Source of the DNA: Haplodiscus bocki
Lineage: Eukaryota
Length of the DNA stretch: 63,925 nt
Reading direction: 5' to 3'
Assembly: GCA_965655095.1 (NCBI GenBank)
Contig: OZ296649.1
Location: forward strand, 81,282,076-81,346,000
Shown: positions 26,001 through 37,610 of the stretch, in pieces
Layout of the letters: the number at the start of each line of letters is the position of its first letter
How positions within the stretch are numbered: the first letter of the stretch is position 1
Made by a program: the position numbers and the translations under genes
The notes under the pieces: model-generated
What the model was told of the DNA's origin: nothing
What the model saw: only the letters and a program-made list of their open reading frames with translations
Database searches by the model: none

Positions 26001-28558
26001 CAGATTCAACAAAAGAGCGTCATACCCTATATCAGCTTGTCAAAAATCATTTCAGTTCGATAGAAGCTTTATTAAGTGGCCACAAAACACACCAGATTGC
26101 CAGAATTTACACCATGTGCCCAGAAAAAAATTGTATTGTCCAGAAACCAAACCAGGTAGCCAGAAACTGTCTCAAATGGCTGAAAACAAGAACAGAGGGC
26201 GAAAAATCAAACCTGTTGACCAGAATCATTAAAAGTTAGTCAAAACCTATATCAGTCTGTCAAAAAAGAAACCAGTTGGACAGAAAACTTACCGAGTGGC
26301 CAGAAAACACAACAAGTTGCTAGAACTTATACCATATGTACAGAAAAATTTTGAGACGGCCAGAAACTCAAGCAGCTAGCCAAAAACTGTCTCAAATGGC
26401 CCAAAATCAAATCAGCTGGCAAAAAAATGTATCTGGAGAACAGATTGAATAAAATGCAATCAGAACTATATCAATTTGTCAAAAAAACCAGGTAAACAGC
26501 AACCAAAAACCATATCAAGTAGCAAGAAAGCATACCAGGTTGCCAGAATTTCTTCCATCTGTACAGAAAACATATGAGATGTTCGAAAAGCCAAACAGGT
26601 AGCCAGAAACTGTCTCAAATGGCCCAAAATCAATTCAGTAGGCAAGAACTTGTATATGAAGACCACATCCAATAAAATGTAGTCAGAACCTATATCAGTT
26701 TCTCAAAAAACATATCACGCGGACAGAAACTATATCAAGTGGCAAGAAAACATTCCAGGTTGCCAGAATTTTTAACATGTGTACAAATGACTAATGAGAC
26801 GTCCAAAAACACAAGCAGGTAGCCAAAATTTGTCTCAAATGGCCCAAAATCAAATCAGTTTGCAAAAAATTGTATCTGAAGACCAGATCCAAGAAAATGT
26901 AGTCAGAACCTATATCAGTTGGTCAAAAAAACATATCAGGTGGACAGAAATTATATCAAGCAGCAAGAAAGCATACCGGGTTGCCAGAAACTACACCAGG
27001 TGCCCAGAGAGCCATTGAAATGTCCAATTTTTAAAGCAGGCAGCCAGGAACCGTCTCATGTGGCCCAAAGCCACATCAGATGGCAAAAAGTCATATCTGG
27101 TGACCAGATTCAAAAAGAGGTAGTCAAGACTTATATCAATTTTTCCAAAAACATATCAGTTGGACAGAAACCATATCAGAGGGCCAGAAAACACACCAAG
27201 TTGCCAGACTTTTTACTATGTGTACAGAAAACATATGAGACGTCCGGAAAATCAAGCAGGTAGCCAAAAATTGTCTCAAATGGCCCAAAATCAGACCAGT
27301 TGGCAAAAAATTGTATCTGAAGACCAAATCCAATAAAATGTAGTCACAACTTTTATCAGTTTGTCAAAAAACATATCATGTGGACAGAAATTACACCAAA
27401 TTGCCAGAATCTATCCCAGGTGCTCAGAAAACACATGAGGTGCTAGCATGTAGCCAGACACTGTCTGAAGTGGTGCAAAACCATATCAGCCGGCAAGAAA
27501 TGACATCTGGTGACCAGATTTAATAAAAGGTAGTCAGACACTATTTCAACTTGTTTAAAATATATCAGGCGGACAGAAACCATATCAGGAGGCCAAAAAT
27601 TGTCTCAGGTGGCCCAAAACCATATCAGTTTGCAAAAAATTGTATTTGGTGACCAAAAACAATACAAGGTAGTCTGAACATATATCAGTTTGTCAGAAAA
27701 CATATCCGGCGGACAGAAACCATATCAGGTGGCCAGAAGACAAACCAGCTTGCCAGAATCTAAACACTTGCTCAGAAAACATATGCAATGTCCGGAAACA
27801 ATAACAGGTGGCCAGAAATTGCCTTAAGTGGCCCGGAATCATAATAGCTGGCAAGAAGTCATATCGGGTGATCGGACTCAATAGAAGGTAGTCATAACCT
27901 ATATCAGCCTGTCAAAAAACATATCATTTGGAGGGAAACCTTATCAAGCGGCCAGAAAACATATGAGAAGTCCGAAAACCCAAGCAGGTAGCCGAAACCG
28001 TCTCGAACGACCCAAAGCCATATCAGCTTGCAGGAACTTGTACCTGGTTACCACATTTAGCAAAAGGTAGTTATAATTTACATCAGGTTGTCAAAAAATA
28101 TATCTGGTAGATCGAAACCAGAAACCATATGAGGTGCCTTGAAACCGTCGCAGGTGTCCCAAAACCATATCAGGTGACCAGAAACAAAAAAAGGTAGTCA
28201 GAACCTGAATCAGCTTGCTAAAAAACGTTTCAGGCGGACAGAAACCAAGTGAGGTGGCCAGAACTTGTGTCAAGTGGCCCAAAACCATATCAGCTGGCGA
28301 GGAATCATAACTTGTGACCGGATATGGAAAAGGTAGTCATACCTTATATCAGCTTGTCAAAAAACATATCATTTGGACAGAAACCTTATCAAACGGCCAG
28401 AAAACACACCAGGTTGCCAGAATTTTCTCCATGTGTACAGAAAACATATGAGATGTCCGAAAACCCCAGCATCTGGTCAGGAACCGTCTACAATGGCCCA
28501 AAAACAAATCAGTTGGCAGAACAATGTATCCGAAGACCAGATCCAATAAAATGTAGTC

Positions 28559-29762
28559 AGTAGTAGAAGAGTGAGCTGATCAGACGGGGGTAGGGGGGAT
28601 GGTGTGGAAGACCCCATGTATTAAGATAGGCTATAGCGAGTCGGGAGGAGCCGAGAGCCGAGAGGGTTCTTCCACCATAGCCGAGAACACTTGGGTGTTT
28701 TTGGGTGACGTAATACTCGATTCTGATTGGCTGACGAAGTTTAGGGTTTTTCGTGCTCAATTCTTATTAGCTGCCGACAGCTTTTTGGTTTTGGGAACAA
28801 ACGAGTGTGTTCGGCAATGACTCAATATAGTGAAAGGCAAATGGCAATGTATTAGTATAGGCTATAGTGTTTTTGTATTGTATAAAGGTAGTTAGTGGGC
28901 TGAATGACTCAGTTTTGGCACTGTGAGACTTTTGAGGGAAAACTGTTTTGAACAGGTTTTTTTCCATGCAGGCCTGCCCGCGCGGATATTTATTACGGGG
29001 CGGGCTAATGTTGACGCCTGCCGTTTTTTTACGCCCACGGATACTGTCTTGCATTGTGAAAAGATACTTCTGCAATGTATTCGGATAGGGTATAGTTCGG
29101 TAATGTGTAATGATACGGTATAGTTCGGTTCAATGTATTAAGATAGGGTATAGTTCGGTAATTTGTTATGAAACGGTATAGTTCGGTTCATTGTATTAAG
29201 ATAGGGTGTAGTTCGGTAATGTATTATGATAGGGTATAGTTCGGTTCAATGTTTTAGGATAGGGTATAGTTCGGTAATGTTTTAAGATAGGATACAGCTC
29301 GGTGCCGTTGAAAGTTTAACACTTGACTGTAGCAATGCAAAAGAAAAATTGGAGGAAAATATGTAGCAAGTGTTACCAATTACGACGTACCATATATGGC
29401 AAATCGGCCATAAAAGGAAAGAGCAGCCATTAAAGGAAATACTAACCATAGAGGTAGCTGTCAATCTCTTTCTTTTACGCGTGAGGATACTGATATGACT
29501 TAATGCTATGTCAAAAATTGTATTTTTGTTTTAAAACGTTAATTAGGGTGTATTATGTTGGACAGAGATACGACAATATGAAATACAAACGAGTGAGTCT
29601 CTTACAAACTATGCGGTTGATTATGAATTCCATCACTCTCGACTATTCGCTTTGCGTAAAAGTAGGACAGACCTTTTTTAATTTGTTCATAGGTAGCAAC
29701 AGAGTGATTGTTTGTTCGGAATCCTGTATTGTTCGAAGTGATGTTTACCTTTTCGTTCAAAA
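28559..29762 (-). mobile_element. Truncated Polinton terminus plus polB 3' tip, copy 2 (duplicated at 39752-40955)
   Basis: Same left junction (aaaatgtagtc|AGTAGTAG) and right junction (cttttcgttcaaaa|aatatcagg) as copy 1; internal repeat expanded to ~8 units. Confidence 0.82.
29077..29305 (+). repeat. 28/30-bp alternating minisatellite in the Polinton terminal region (GTATTAAGATAGGGTATAGTTCGGTAAT)
   Basis: About 8 units here versus about 4 at 17750-17860 and about 5 at 30665-30790. Confidence 0.85.
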
Positions 29763-31018
29763 AATATCAGGTAGCCAGAAAACACATCAAGTTGGCAGAA
29801 GCTATCCCAGGTGCTCAGAAAACACATGAGATGTCTGGAGATCTTAGCAGTTTGCCAGACACTGTCTCAAGTGGCGCAAAACCATATCAGCCGGCAGAAA
29901 ATGATATCTGGTGACCAGGTTGGTTGGAAGGTAGTCAGAAACTATTTCAACTTGTTCAAAAACATATCAGTTGGACAGAAACCTTATCAAGTGGCCAGAA
30001 AACACATCAGGTTGCCAGAATTTTCTCCATGTGTACAAAAATCATATGAGATGTCCGAAAAACTCCAGCATGTGGTCAGAAACCGTCTAAAATGGCCTAC
30101 AATGAAGTCAATTGGCAGAAATTTGTATCTGAAGACTGGATCCAAAAAAATGTAGTCAGTATTAGAATAGTGAGCTGATCAAACGGGGGTGGGGGGGTGG
30201 TTGTGGAAGACCCCATGTATTAAGACAAGCTAAAGCGAGTCGACAGGAGCCGAGAGCCGAGAGGGTTCTTCCACCATAGCCGAGAACTCTTGGGTGTTTT
30301 CGGGTGACGTAATACTAGATTCTGATTGGCTGACGAAGTTTAAGATTTTTCGTGCTCGCTTCTGATTAGCAGCCGACAGCTTTTTGGTTTTGGGCACAAG
30401 AAGAGTGTGTTCGGCAATGACTTAATATAGTGAGGGGCAATTGGCAATGTATTAGTATAGGCTATAGTGTTTTTGTATTGTATAAAGTTAGTTAGTGGGC
30501 TGAATGACTCATTTTCGGCACTGTGAGATTTTGGCGAAAAAAGTGTTTTGAACAGATTTTTTTTCATGCAGGCCTGCCCGCGCGGATAATATTACGGGGC
30601 GGGCTGTTTATTATGCCTGCGGTTGTTTTTTACGCTTGCGGATACTGTTTTGCAATGTGAAAAATTAGTTCGGCGATGTATTAAGATAGGGTATAGTTCG
30701 GTAATGTAATATGATAGGGTATAGTTCGGTTCAATGTATTAAGATAGGGTATAGTTCGGTAATGTAATAAGATAGGATATAGCTCGGTGACCTTAATAAA
30801 TTAACAGGATAACGTCAAAAAAACGTCAAAAGGAAAGAGCAGCCAATAAAGGAAATACTAACCATAAAAGGAGCTGTCAATCACTTTTTTTACGCGTGCG
30901 GATACTGATATGACTTATTGTTATGTAAAAATTTGTATTAATGTTTTACAAAAATTAATTAGAGTGTATAAAGTTAGACAAATGCACGACATTATGAAAT
31001 AAAAATTGAGTGAGTTTC

Positions 31019-32416
31019 TTACAAATTAGGCGGTTGATTATGAATTCCACCACTCTCGACTAATGGCTTTGGTTAAAAGTAGGTCAGGTTTTTCTTAGTT
31101 TGTTCATAGGCAACAAAAGAGTGATTGTTTGTTCGGAATCTTCTATTGTTCGATGTGACGTTTACCTTTTAGTTTAAAACTCTGCGATACTTTTTCAGTG
31201 GTCCGTCGCTGCTCTGTTCCGGTACGCGTTTGTTGAGACGTTCACTGCTAAATTTAAGTTTTTTAGATGTGACGTCTTAGCAGCAGTATGTCTTACTACA
31301 TAGACATAACATCTTCGTACGTCTGAAGTCTTCTTTCAATAGGCCAAGTTCACTCTTATCATGTTGTTTGTGTTTTACATAAGATGTTCTGGTGAAGAAA
31401 TTTGCTAGAGCATCAGCAGTGAAAGTATCGACACAGTCATTTAATCGCAACCTCTGCCATTCAGTCCTAATTTCAGGTCTTATGCAATCTTTCAGTTCTT
31501 TCTCGGCAAGAGCAGGCTACAGCGAATCTGTGTCCATTTCTAACTTTTAGAACTTGTTTACATGATATAATCTGGTGAAGAAGTTGTAGTACAGCTGCAC
31601 CTTTCGCAACTTCGCCTATTGAAGGTTGAAAAAGCCGACAATGATTGGCTCTTTGTGTTCAATCTGTCTTTTGGCGAGTTCAACTTCATACAATGAATTG
31701 TTCACACGATCTAGCTTTTTCACCAATTTACTATACATGGCCGCATGTGTTTTTTCGACAGTGAGGTACTTCGTTACAAAGTGTCAGCTTCGGTCCATAA
31801 TCTGATAGCCGTAGGAGCTGTTGTCTAGAAGCTTCATGGTTTCTGCGACGACGCTTGAGTTTGGATTTTCCTCACCTTGCCTTCTTGCGTCCACTGCTAA
31901 CTGCACAAAACTGTTGAAGCATTTCTTTGGAGTGTACTCAACAAAATGGTGTGTTTTTCTGCAAACAAGACCCAATTGTAGATAAAATAACAGCAGAGGA
32001 GTACCAAGTGTTCAATTTTGTAATATTAACTTTTTTCTGCTGGATATCAACATTTTTCGAGGTTGAGACATAATCTTTCTTCTTCGGCATAGCTTTTCAT
32101 CAAGTCTCCGACATCACTCTTGTTAACTAAGGTGTACTTGAACCTTGGAACTTTGATCTCAAGTTTTCAGTCACTTCAGTATTGCACTGCAAGGTTCCAG
32201 AAAACCTTCCTTTCTTTATCTCTTCTAAAAGTTGTTCAGCTGCAAGTGAACGCCTGTAAGGAAAGTGTTCTCGGATATGCTGTTTGGCAGTTTTGTACAG
32301 TCTCCACCATTCGCACTCCCACGTATCAAAAATTTTGAAGCCCTTCTCTTGTGTATAGTGTGGTCTCAATGCTTCGAGCTCTCTCTTGCTACCACGTTGA
32401 ATATCTTCTTCAGCGT
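31019..32416 (-). pseudogene. polB: Protein-primed family B DNA polymerase, C-terminal third (family A)
   Basis: WECEW (end of a VSR-like insert), motif B region VVAETMKLLDNSSYGYQIMDRS, motif C MDTDSL (rc of ~31520-31540), C-terminal YEQ..K..TYF..R..ESGGIH. Many stops and frameshifts. Confidence 0.9.
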
Positions 32417-32580
32417 AGTAAGAGTAATTTTTGTGTACTAAGGTTTTGATTGCAGAAATTGTCTTACCTTTCATACTGACAGATTGGTATCTTTCACTAA
32501 ATTGCGCAAAGATCCATAAGCAGCACCACCCTGCGTGTCCTTTTCAGCTCCTGACGTTCATATTTTGAAAGGGACCCAGC
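32416..32580 (-). pseudogene. Polinton-type (retroviral-like) integrase, N-terminal ~55 codons only
   Basis: The minus strand reads AGSLSKYERQELKR/TQGGAAYGSLRNLVKDTNLSV*KVRQFLQSKP*YTKITLT, matching the Y..G...L..V..FL....YT pattern of Maverick integrase N-termini. It is cut off before the DDE core. Confidence 0.65.
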
Positions 32581-33250
32581 TTCTTCTCTCCTTGGTTTTC
32601 GCTTTTTAATTCAGAACCTGAGTTGGAGTTATACCAGCAGCGTCAAGTGAATTAGAGGAAATGTCTGGAACGTCTGCATTTTTACGAACAAGTTGTTGAG
32701 CAAAGTCCGATCGCAAAATTCCAGTTTCTACACCATCCAATATTGAAGCCTACTAATTTGATAGCTTGATACAAGGAAAAGACAAAATTTTGTCGACTAG
32801 AGAATCTGCTTTGGCAAACAGCTTTTTGTTTATTTTGTTTTTGACCGAATCAATTTGCTACGTGGGATTTCGTTCAGCTGGATTTTTTGGAAGCTCCTGC
32901 TTTGTAACTGTCTGAAAATTCGAATTCTTGTTGTTGTTGTACAGAGAAGCAGAGGTGGAAACAAACTGCTCCACATCAAGACAAGTGGTTAATGACGGGA
33001 GGAGTAGTTATTTATATGAGTTCTAGCCCTTTCTTCGGATGACAGGACGTGCCGTTTTTGCTTCCAGGTAATTTTTTCGAAGAAGCAATCGCATTTCAAT
33101 TTGAAATTTTGTTACGCGATGTTTTTTGATGCTTTGTAGGTTTCCTTTGAGAAGATTTTCTATACATTCGCAGAGGAGCCTGATAAACTCTTTTGGACTA
33201 GGCAGAAGGAAGAGCCTCTTGCCTTTGTGGGAAAATCATTGGAAAACTTG
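32558..33250 (-). pseudogene. Two small Polinton ORF remnants between the ATPase and integrase (a basic CEC..NLLKGN protein and an ORF ending ..SWVPFKI)
   Basis: Minus-strand reads FIRLLCECIENLLKGNLQSIKKH.. and VEQFVSTSASLYNN..ILDGVETG..KERRSWVPFKI*. Position and motif resemble the conserved small genes next to the Polinton ATPase. Confidence 0.5.
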
Positions 33251-33926
33251 GAGAGAAAAAAAGTTTTGTTTTGGTCGTCCAATTTTTTGATTGTTTCAAC
33301 CAATCCGGAATACAAAACTTTGAGGGAACGGATCCGTTGTTGGTACAAAAATGTAATCGATCGTCTGTTGGGGTCGACAAGTCAATCAACGAATGACCGT
33401 AGGATAGAGACTTTGCGCCTTGAATGCAATCAACTAACCCTGAGCGGAGGCCCAACTGTTCACTAAGCGTGCTGACTTGCATCACGTCATGCGGATACTT
33501 GAAGAGAACAATGTGCGTGCTTTGGAGCTCAACGTCTCGCCCAAGTTTGCTTTGGTGAAACGAGTTTCGCTGAATGTAAATGGTACTCAGTCCATGATGT
33601 CTTCCAGAAATAGCATTTTCAAAAAATGCTTTTGAATTACAAAGTTCTCCATATGAATCGTCAAAAATTACCAGGTACTTTGCACCGTTGTTTTCTAAGG
33701 GTTCTTTATATTGAAAGTTTACATCTTGAACAAACTCTAGAAGATGATTTTCTTGCATAACATTGGAAAGTGGCTGCGAGCGTTGATTTAAAAAGCCAAT
33801 TTTGTCAACTTTTGGTTGAAAGGTTCCAATTTTGAGAAAAATGTAAATAAGTTGTGACTTTTCCGTCTCGGACGGACCAACCAACATTATGAAGACGCAA
33901 ATTTTTGTAGAAACCAACTTGTTCAT
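33198..33926 (-). pseudogene. A32-like (FtsK-HerA) genome-packaging ATPase of a Polinton; Walker A mutated
   Basis: LVGPSETEKS (GxxxxGKS with G>E), Walker B YLVIFDD, arginine-finger SGRHHGLSTIYIQ, THIVLFK and YGHSLIDL. Confidence 0.92.
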
Positions 33927-34290
33927 AGTGTTGGTGAGGGTAAAATGTATCCAGCTGCTCTACACAAAATTCCCACCCATACAGATGATTCGTTACAAGT
34001 TTTTGAAAGATGAATTCTCCAAAAGGTGCCAAAGATAGTCAACAAAATCACATAAAGTTGGAACCAAGAGGCAATTAAAAAACTGGCAGACTTTTGTCTC
34101 AAACAGGACTACAATTTTCTCTCTTGATTGTTGTCGTCCAACACATTTGTACTGAAATTAATAGTATCTTCTTGATCAGTCATCTGTCTTTTACCCTCAT
34201 TATCTAATAAATCAATCTTGAATGAAGAATTGATTGATTCTGAAAGATTTAAATTCGTAGATACTGACAATACTTTTCACAATACAAACT

Positions 34291-34743
34291 TCACAATTTT
34301 AAACGGTGCCTTACCCAGTTACCACACATTTTTGCCTTGAGCCCAACACACTGAAGTGTGAACTTTTGTCTGAATGGGTAACTCGAGCAAATCCACATTT
34401 CTTCATCCACGAGATCTTGAATTTTGGGACAGCCATGATCTTCGAAAAATTCTATCTCGTTACCCATTAAATTGTCAAGAACATTGCATTTTTCTGTTCT
34501 TTTTGCAAATTATCCACCCTTTAAATCTCTGGGATGAATGTTGGAAAGCTCACGGTAATCCATACATCCACTGTTCCCCACATTTCCGTGCATTTTTCTT
34601 GTACATCAAAATGCTTGCTTGGTAGGTTTGTATGTTTTTGGAGGAGGAAATGAGTATTCCTAAACTTTGCCATCAATAACAACTCCCAACTCCTTCATAA
34701 CGTTTGTATCTGCCAGCTCAATATCTAGTAGAATGCAAGACGT
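34291..34743 (-). pseudogene. DEDD/DnaQ-like exonuclease-fold ORF commonly carried by Polintons
   Basis: The minus strand reads (M>T)SCILLDIELADTNVMKELGVVIDGKV*EYSFPPPK..G....SG.MDY..EDHGCPKIQDL..WICSSYPF..C; frameshifted. Confidence 0.55.
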
Positions 34744-36529
34744 ACTGCTTCAGAGGCTGACCAATTTGAAAATGGTAGTAGAAAGAGTTTTACGTACAGG
34801 AAAAATAGTAGTCCAGGCACGTGACTAAGTAAACATGAATTTGGTCCTCGTCCATTTTTTAACAGTAGCCTGGACCTTTGCCAGTATGTGTCCGCACTGA
34901 TCCAGCAGCATCATGCAGTATTGCATGTAGTCTAAATACTTTGACAAAATTTATGTTCCAAGTATGAGTCACCATAACCAATGCTTCCACCTAAATTAAA
35001 TTTCTGGTCGGACTCAAGTCAAAAAATGAAATCCCAACAAGAACACATTTTCAAAAATAGGTTTTTGCAAAAATTATTGTGCTCAAATGACAGTTCTAAC
35101 CCCGAATACAATCGAAAAGTGCTCATTAGAAAGAGAACATCCATTCTTGATGGAACTTGTTTTACTTACGAACAGTTGTTTTGTCCAGTACAATGCACCG
35201 CTTGTGAAATATGTCAATGTAGCTCAGTAGATAAACCAATTTTTGTCGAGAGCGACTGGTGTTTTGTCAACTTTAGATCAACTTTATTATCTTTGAGGTA
35301 TAAACTGTTTCGGTAACGGTACACGACAACTTTCAACTTGTGTGTATCATTCTTGAAGGGTACACATGTTTTTTTCCTACCATTATATATTTTCCATTTC
35401 AAGCATTAGAGATGTTTATTGGAATCAGTCTTTTCAATGTCTGGCAAATGTTGGATTTCAGATACAATTTGTGTTAGTTTCTCGGGAGAAGTTTTTGCAG
35501 TTGTAGGTACAACATGATAAAATCCCAATTTTGATTTCAGCCGAAAAAAGAAGTTTCTATCATCTTCCTTGTTCCAACTCTTCCTGAACCAAGTTCACAT
35601 GGTCGGTACAAGTTAGCTTGTCCAAGGAGTCAGTAGTGTTGTAAGCCTTGGGTGAACAAAACAGAAAACTGGTAGCTGGAAGTAGTGATTCATTTGTTTG
35701 GACAAAAGCTAAAGAGTGATTTTGGAGCTGAAATTCGCTTTTTATATACGCATCTTTTTTGCTGAGTGTCAAGTGACCTTTCCATATAAGGAGGTTTTCT
35801 TCTTTTTGGTCATTGTCACGTGACATTTCCAAATATGGAGCGTCTTTCCCTTTTGGGTAGAATTGTACAAAAAGCATTACTATCTTTTTTTTACTTTAAT
35901 TAATTTGTTCAGGAAACGACTCAACAATCAAATGGCAGATGTAATGCTACAAGTGATTCCCAACTCTTACGCAAACTATTCAAAAAAGAGACTTTTCATT
36001 TCTGCAAATACATACGAAAAATATTTTGTGAGCAAAGAGTACTGCATTGCCCACCACGATGCCAAAATCTGCTTTATACCTAATTGCAGATATCATATTT
36101 TTTTTCTGTTAAGCAACGTTGAAGAGTTACTAAGGGAGCTGGACCCATTGTGTTTTACATACCAAAACGTGGACTGACTCTATACACCGTTTAAATATCG
36201 ATTCAATGGAAGTTTTGCTGTCAAGAGTGGTAAAGTGTTTTATAATGTGCAGAGGGCAGTTCCTTTGAACCAGCAAAACAGCGGATTGAACATAATGCCC
36301 AGCATCGCGAAAAAGAGACTCTTGAAGAAAAAGTACAAAAAGTTTTTGTTGAGCTCCTTCCAAAAGACCAGAGCGACGCAAACTAGTGGATCAGTGTTTG
36401 GAGACAGAATTGAACAAGTTAAAAAGACTAAGTTTGAATTAGAACTGATAAAAACTGTAGATTGTTTTCTGGACGGTCATGGTATTTATACTAGTAATTT
36501 AGTATCTTTTGAAATAAAATCTTTGTAAA

Positions 36530-36709
36530 CTAACCATTTTCTGGATTCCAAAGATTTTTGTATACATCAATTGGTGGTGCAAATGATATAGTCATCACAC
36601 CCATCAAGAACCCAAGTGCCAGAAAGAACGCAATAACTGAAAAGATAGTACCAAACGTGAGACAAACACATGGCACACACTCGCAAAAAATTTTTTTAAC
36701 CCACGCCAT
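36530..36709 (-). CDS. Small Cys-rich putative membrane protein (59 aa) in the Polinton; duplicate at 47723-47902
   Basis: MAWVKKIFCECVPCVCLTFGTIFSVIAFFLALGFLMGVMTISFAPPIDVYKNLWNPENG is uninterrupted and has a ~30-aa hydrophobic segment. Confidence 0.45.
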   Translation of the reverse strand: MAWVKKIFCECVPCVCLTFGTIFSVIAFFLALGFLMGVMTISFAPPIDVYKNLWNPENG

Positions 36710-36774
36710 CGTGATTGTCCAACATGTTGTTCTTTGATGATAATTCAGCGAGGATATGAAAAGGTGATTTGAAA

Positions 36775-37105
36775 AGCAGATTTTGAATAAAAACTTTTGC
36801 AACTTGTCAGAATTAAAAACAACAAATTACAACGCGTCAGATTCTGGATTGAAAGAAACACAACGCGTTAGATTTTGAATAAAAAAATTTCCGACATGTC
36901 AGTTTTCGAAAAATTGTTTGCATTCAAAAGTCACGTTTTAGTTCATTTTACTCCGTGAAAACGATATAACTGGCATTTTTCCTGCCTTTTTAAAAAGCAT
37001 CACTTTGCATTGAAAATTTCATTACGTGTTAGATTTTGACTTGAAAAAAATGCAAAGCGTCAGATTTTGACTTGAAAAAAATACACGGGTCAGATTTTAA
37101 ATTTA
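36775..37105 (+). repeat. ~31-bp degenerate tandem repeats (GTCAGATTTTGA(A/C)TTGAAAAAAATACAACGC); duplicate at ~47968-48298
   Basis: Two clusters (about 5 and 3 units) of (G/T)CAGATTTTGA-headed units inside the Polinton non-coding region. Confidence 0.75.
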
Positions 37106-37610
37106 TAATTTTTCAATCTTAATTTCTAACCCAGTCCCGTCACAAGTACTTTTCACATCCTTCTTCTCCACATAACCATGTACAGTTACAGCCTACAACA
37201 TCTTCGTCAACTAGATATTAGCAATCGCCACCGTAGAAACAACACTTCTTGTACTCGTTTTCGCAAGGATCTTTACTTTTGATTTTGCTATGGTGTCCCT
37301 TTTTTTTCTGTATGGGCTTGATATATGCAGAAAATTGCTGCTACTAATAAAATTATTGATATCGATACTACAACTGCTTTTGTCTCACCTCACACATGTT
37401 CGAATAGTTTTGAAAAAGATTATGATAAAAAGAAACACGTTAATTATAAATTATATTAAAACAAAAACACAGTAACAAAAATATAAACTTTTCAATCGAA
37501 ATTCTGTAAAACAATCGGCAACTTTCTCATTTCTTGATCTGAATGGGCAACTTCTCATCATCACAGGGGGTTGGGTTGGTTTTTTGGAGACTGGAGTTAT
37601 TGGATAAGGA

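Larger units (their letters stand above)
11515..30157 (+). repeat. Satellite array, left arm: 20-bp monomer (consensus GGTGGCCAGAAACCATATCA), largely organised as a ~220-bp higher-order repeat, interrupted by Polinton-end inserts
   Basis: Continuous diverged 20-mers. The HOR landmark GTAGTC recurs at 26679, 26899, 27120 and 27340 (220/221/220 bp). The + strand is strongly A-rich. Confidence 0.92.

Noticed and set aside
28557-29123. ORFs in the Polinton terminal region (also 17412-17639 and 30340-30567)
   Set aside because: Frames and stops differ between the paralogous copies, consistent with non-coding terminal DNA.
11515-30157. CRISPR-like repeat-spacer array
   Set aside because: There are no invariant repeats with unique spacers, every segment is a diverged monomer, there are no cas genes, and the context is eukaryotic.
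32127-32474. 115-aa ORF as a standalone gene
   Set aside because: It spans the integrase/polB deletion junction; its first ~20 aa are an off-frame read of the integrase fragment.
37290-37475. Hydrophobic 61-aa ORF (duplicate at 48483-48668)
   Set aside because: Low-complexity AT-rich sequence with no motif; likely a chance ORF.
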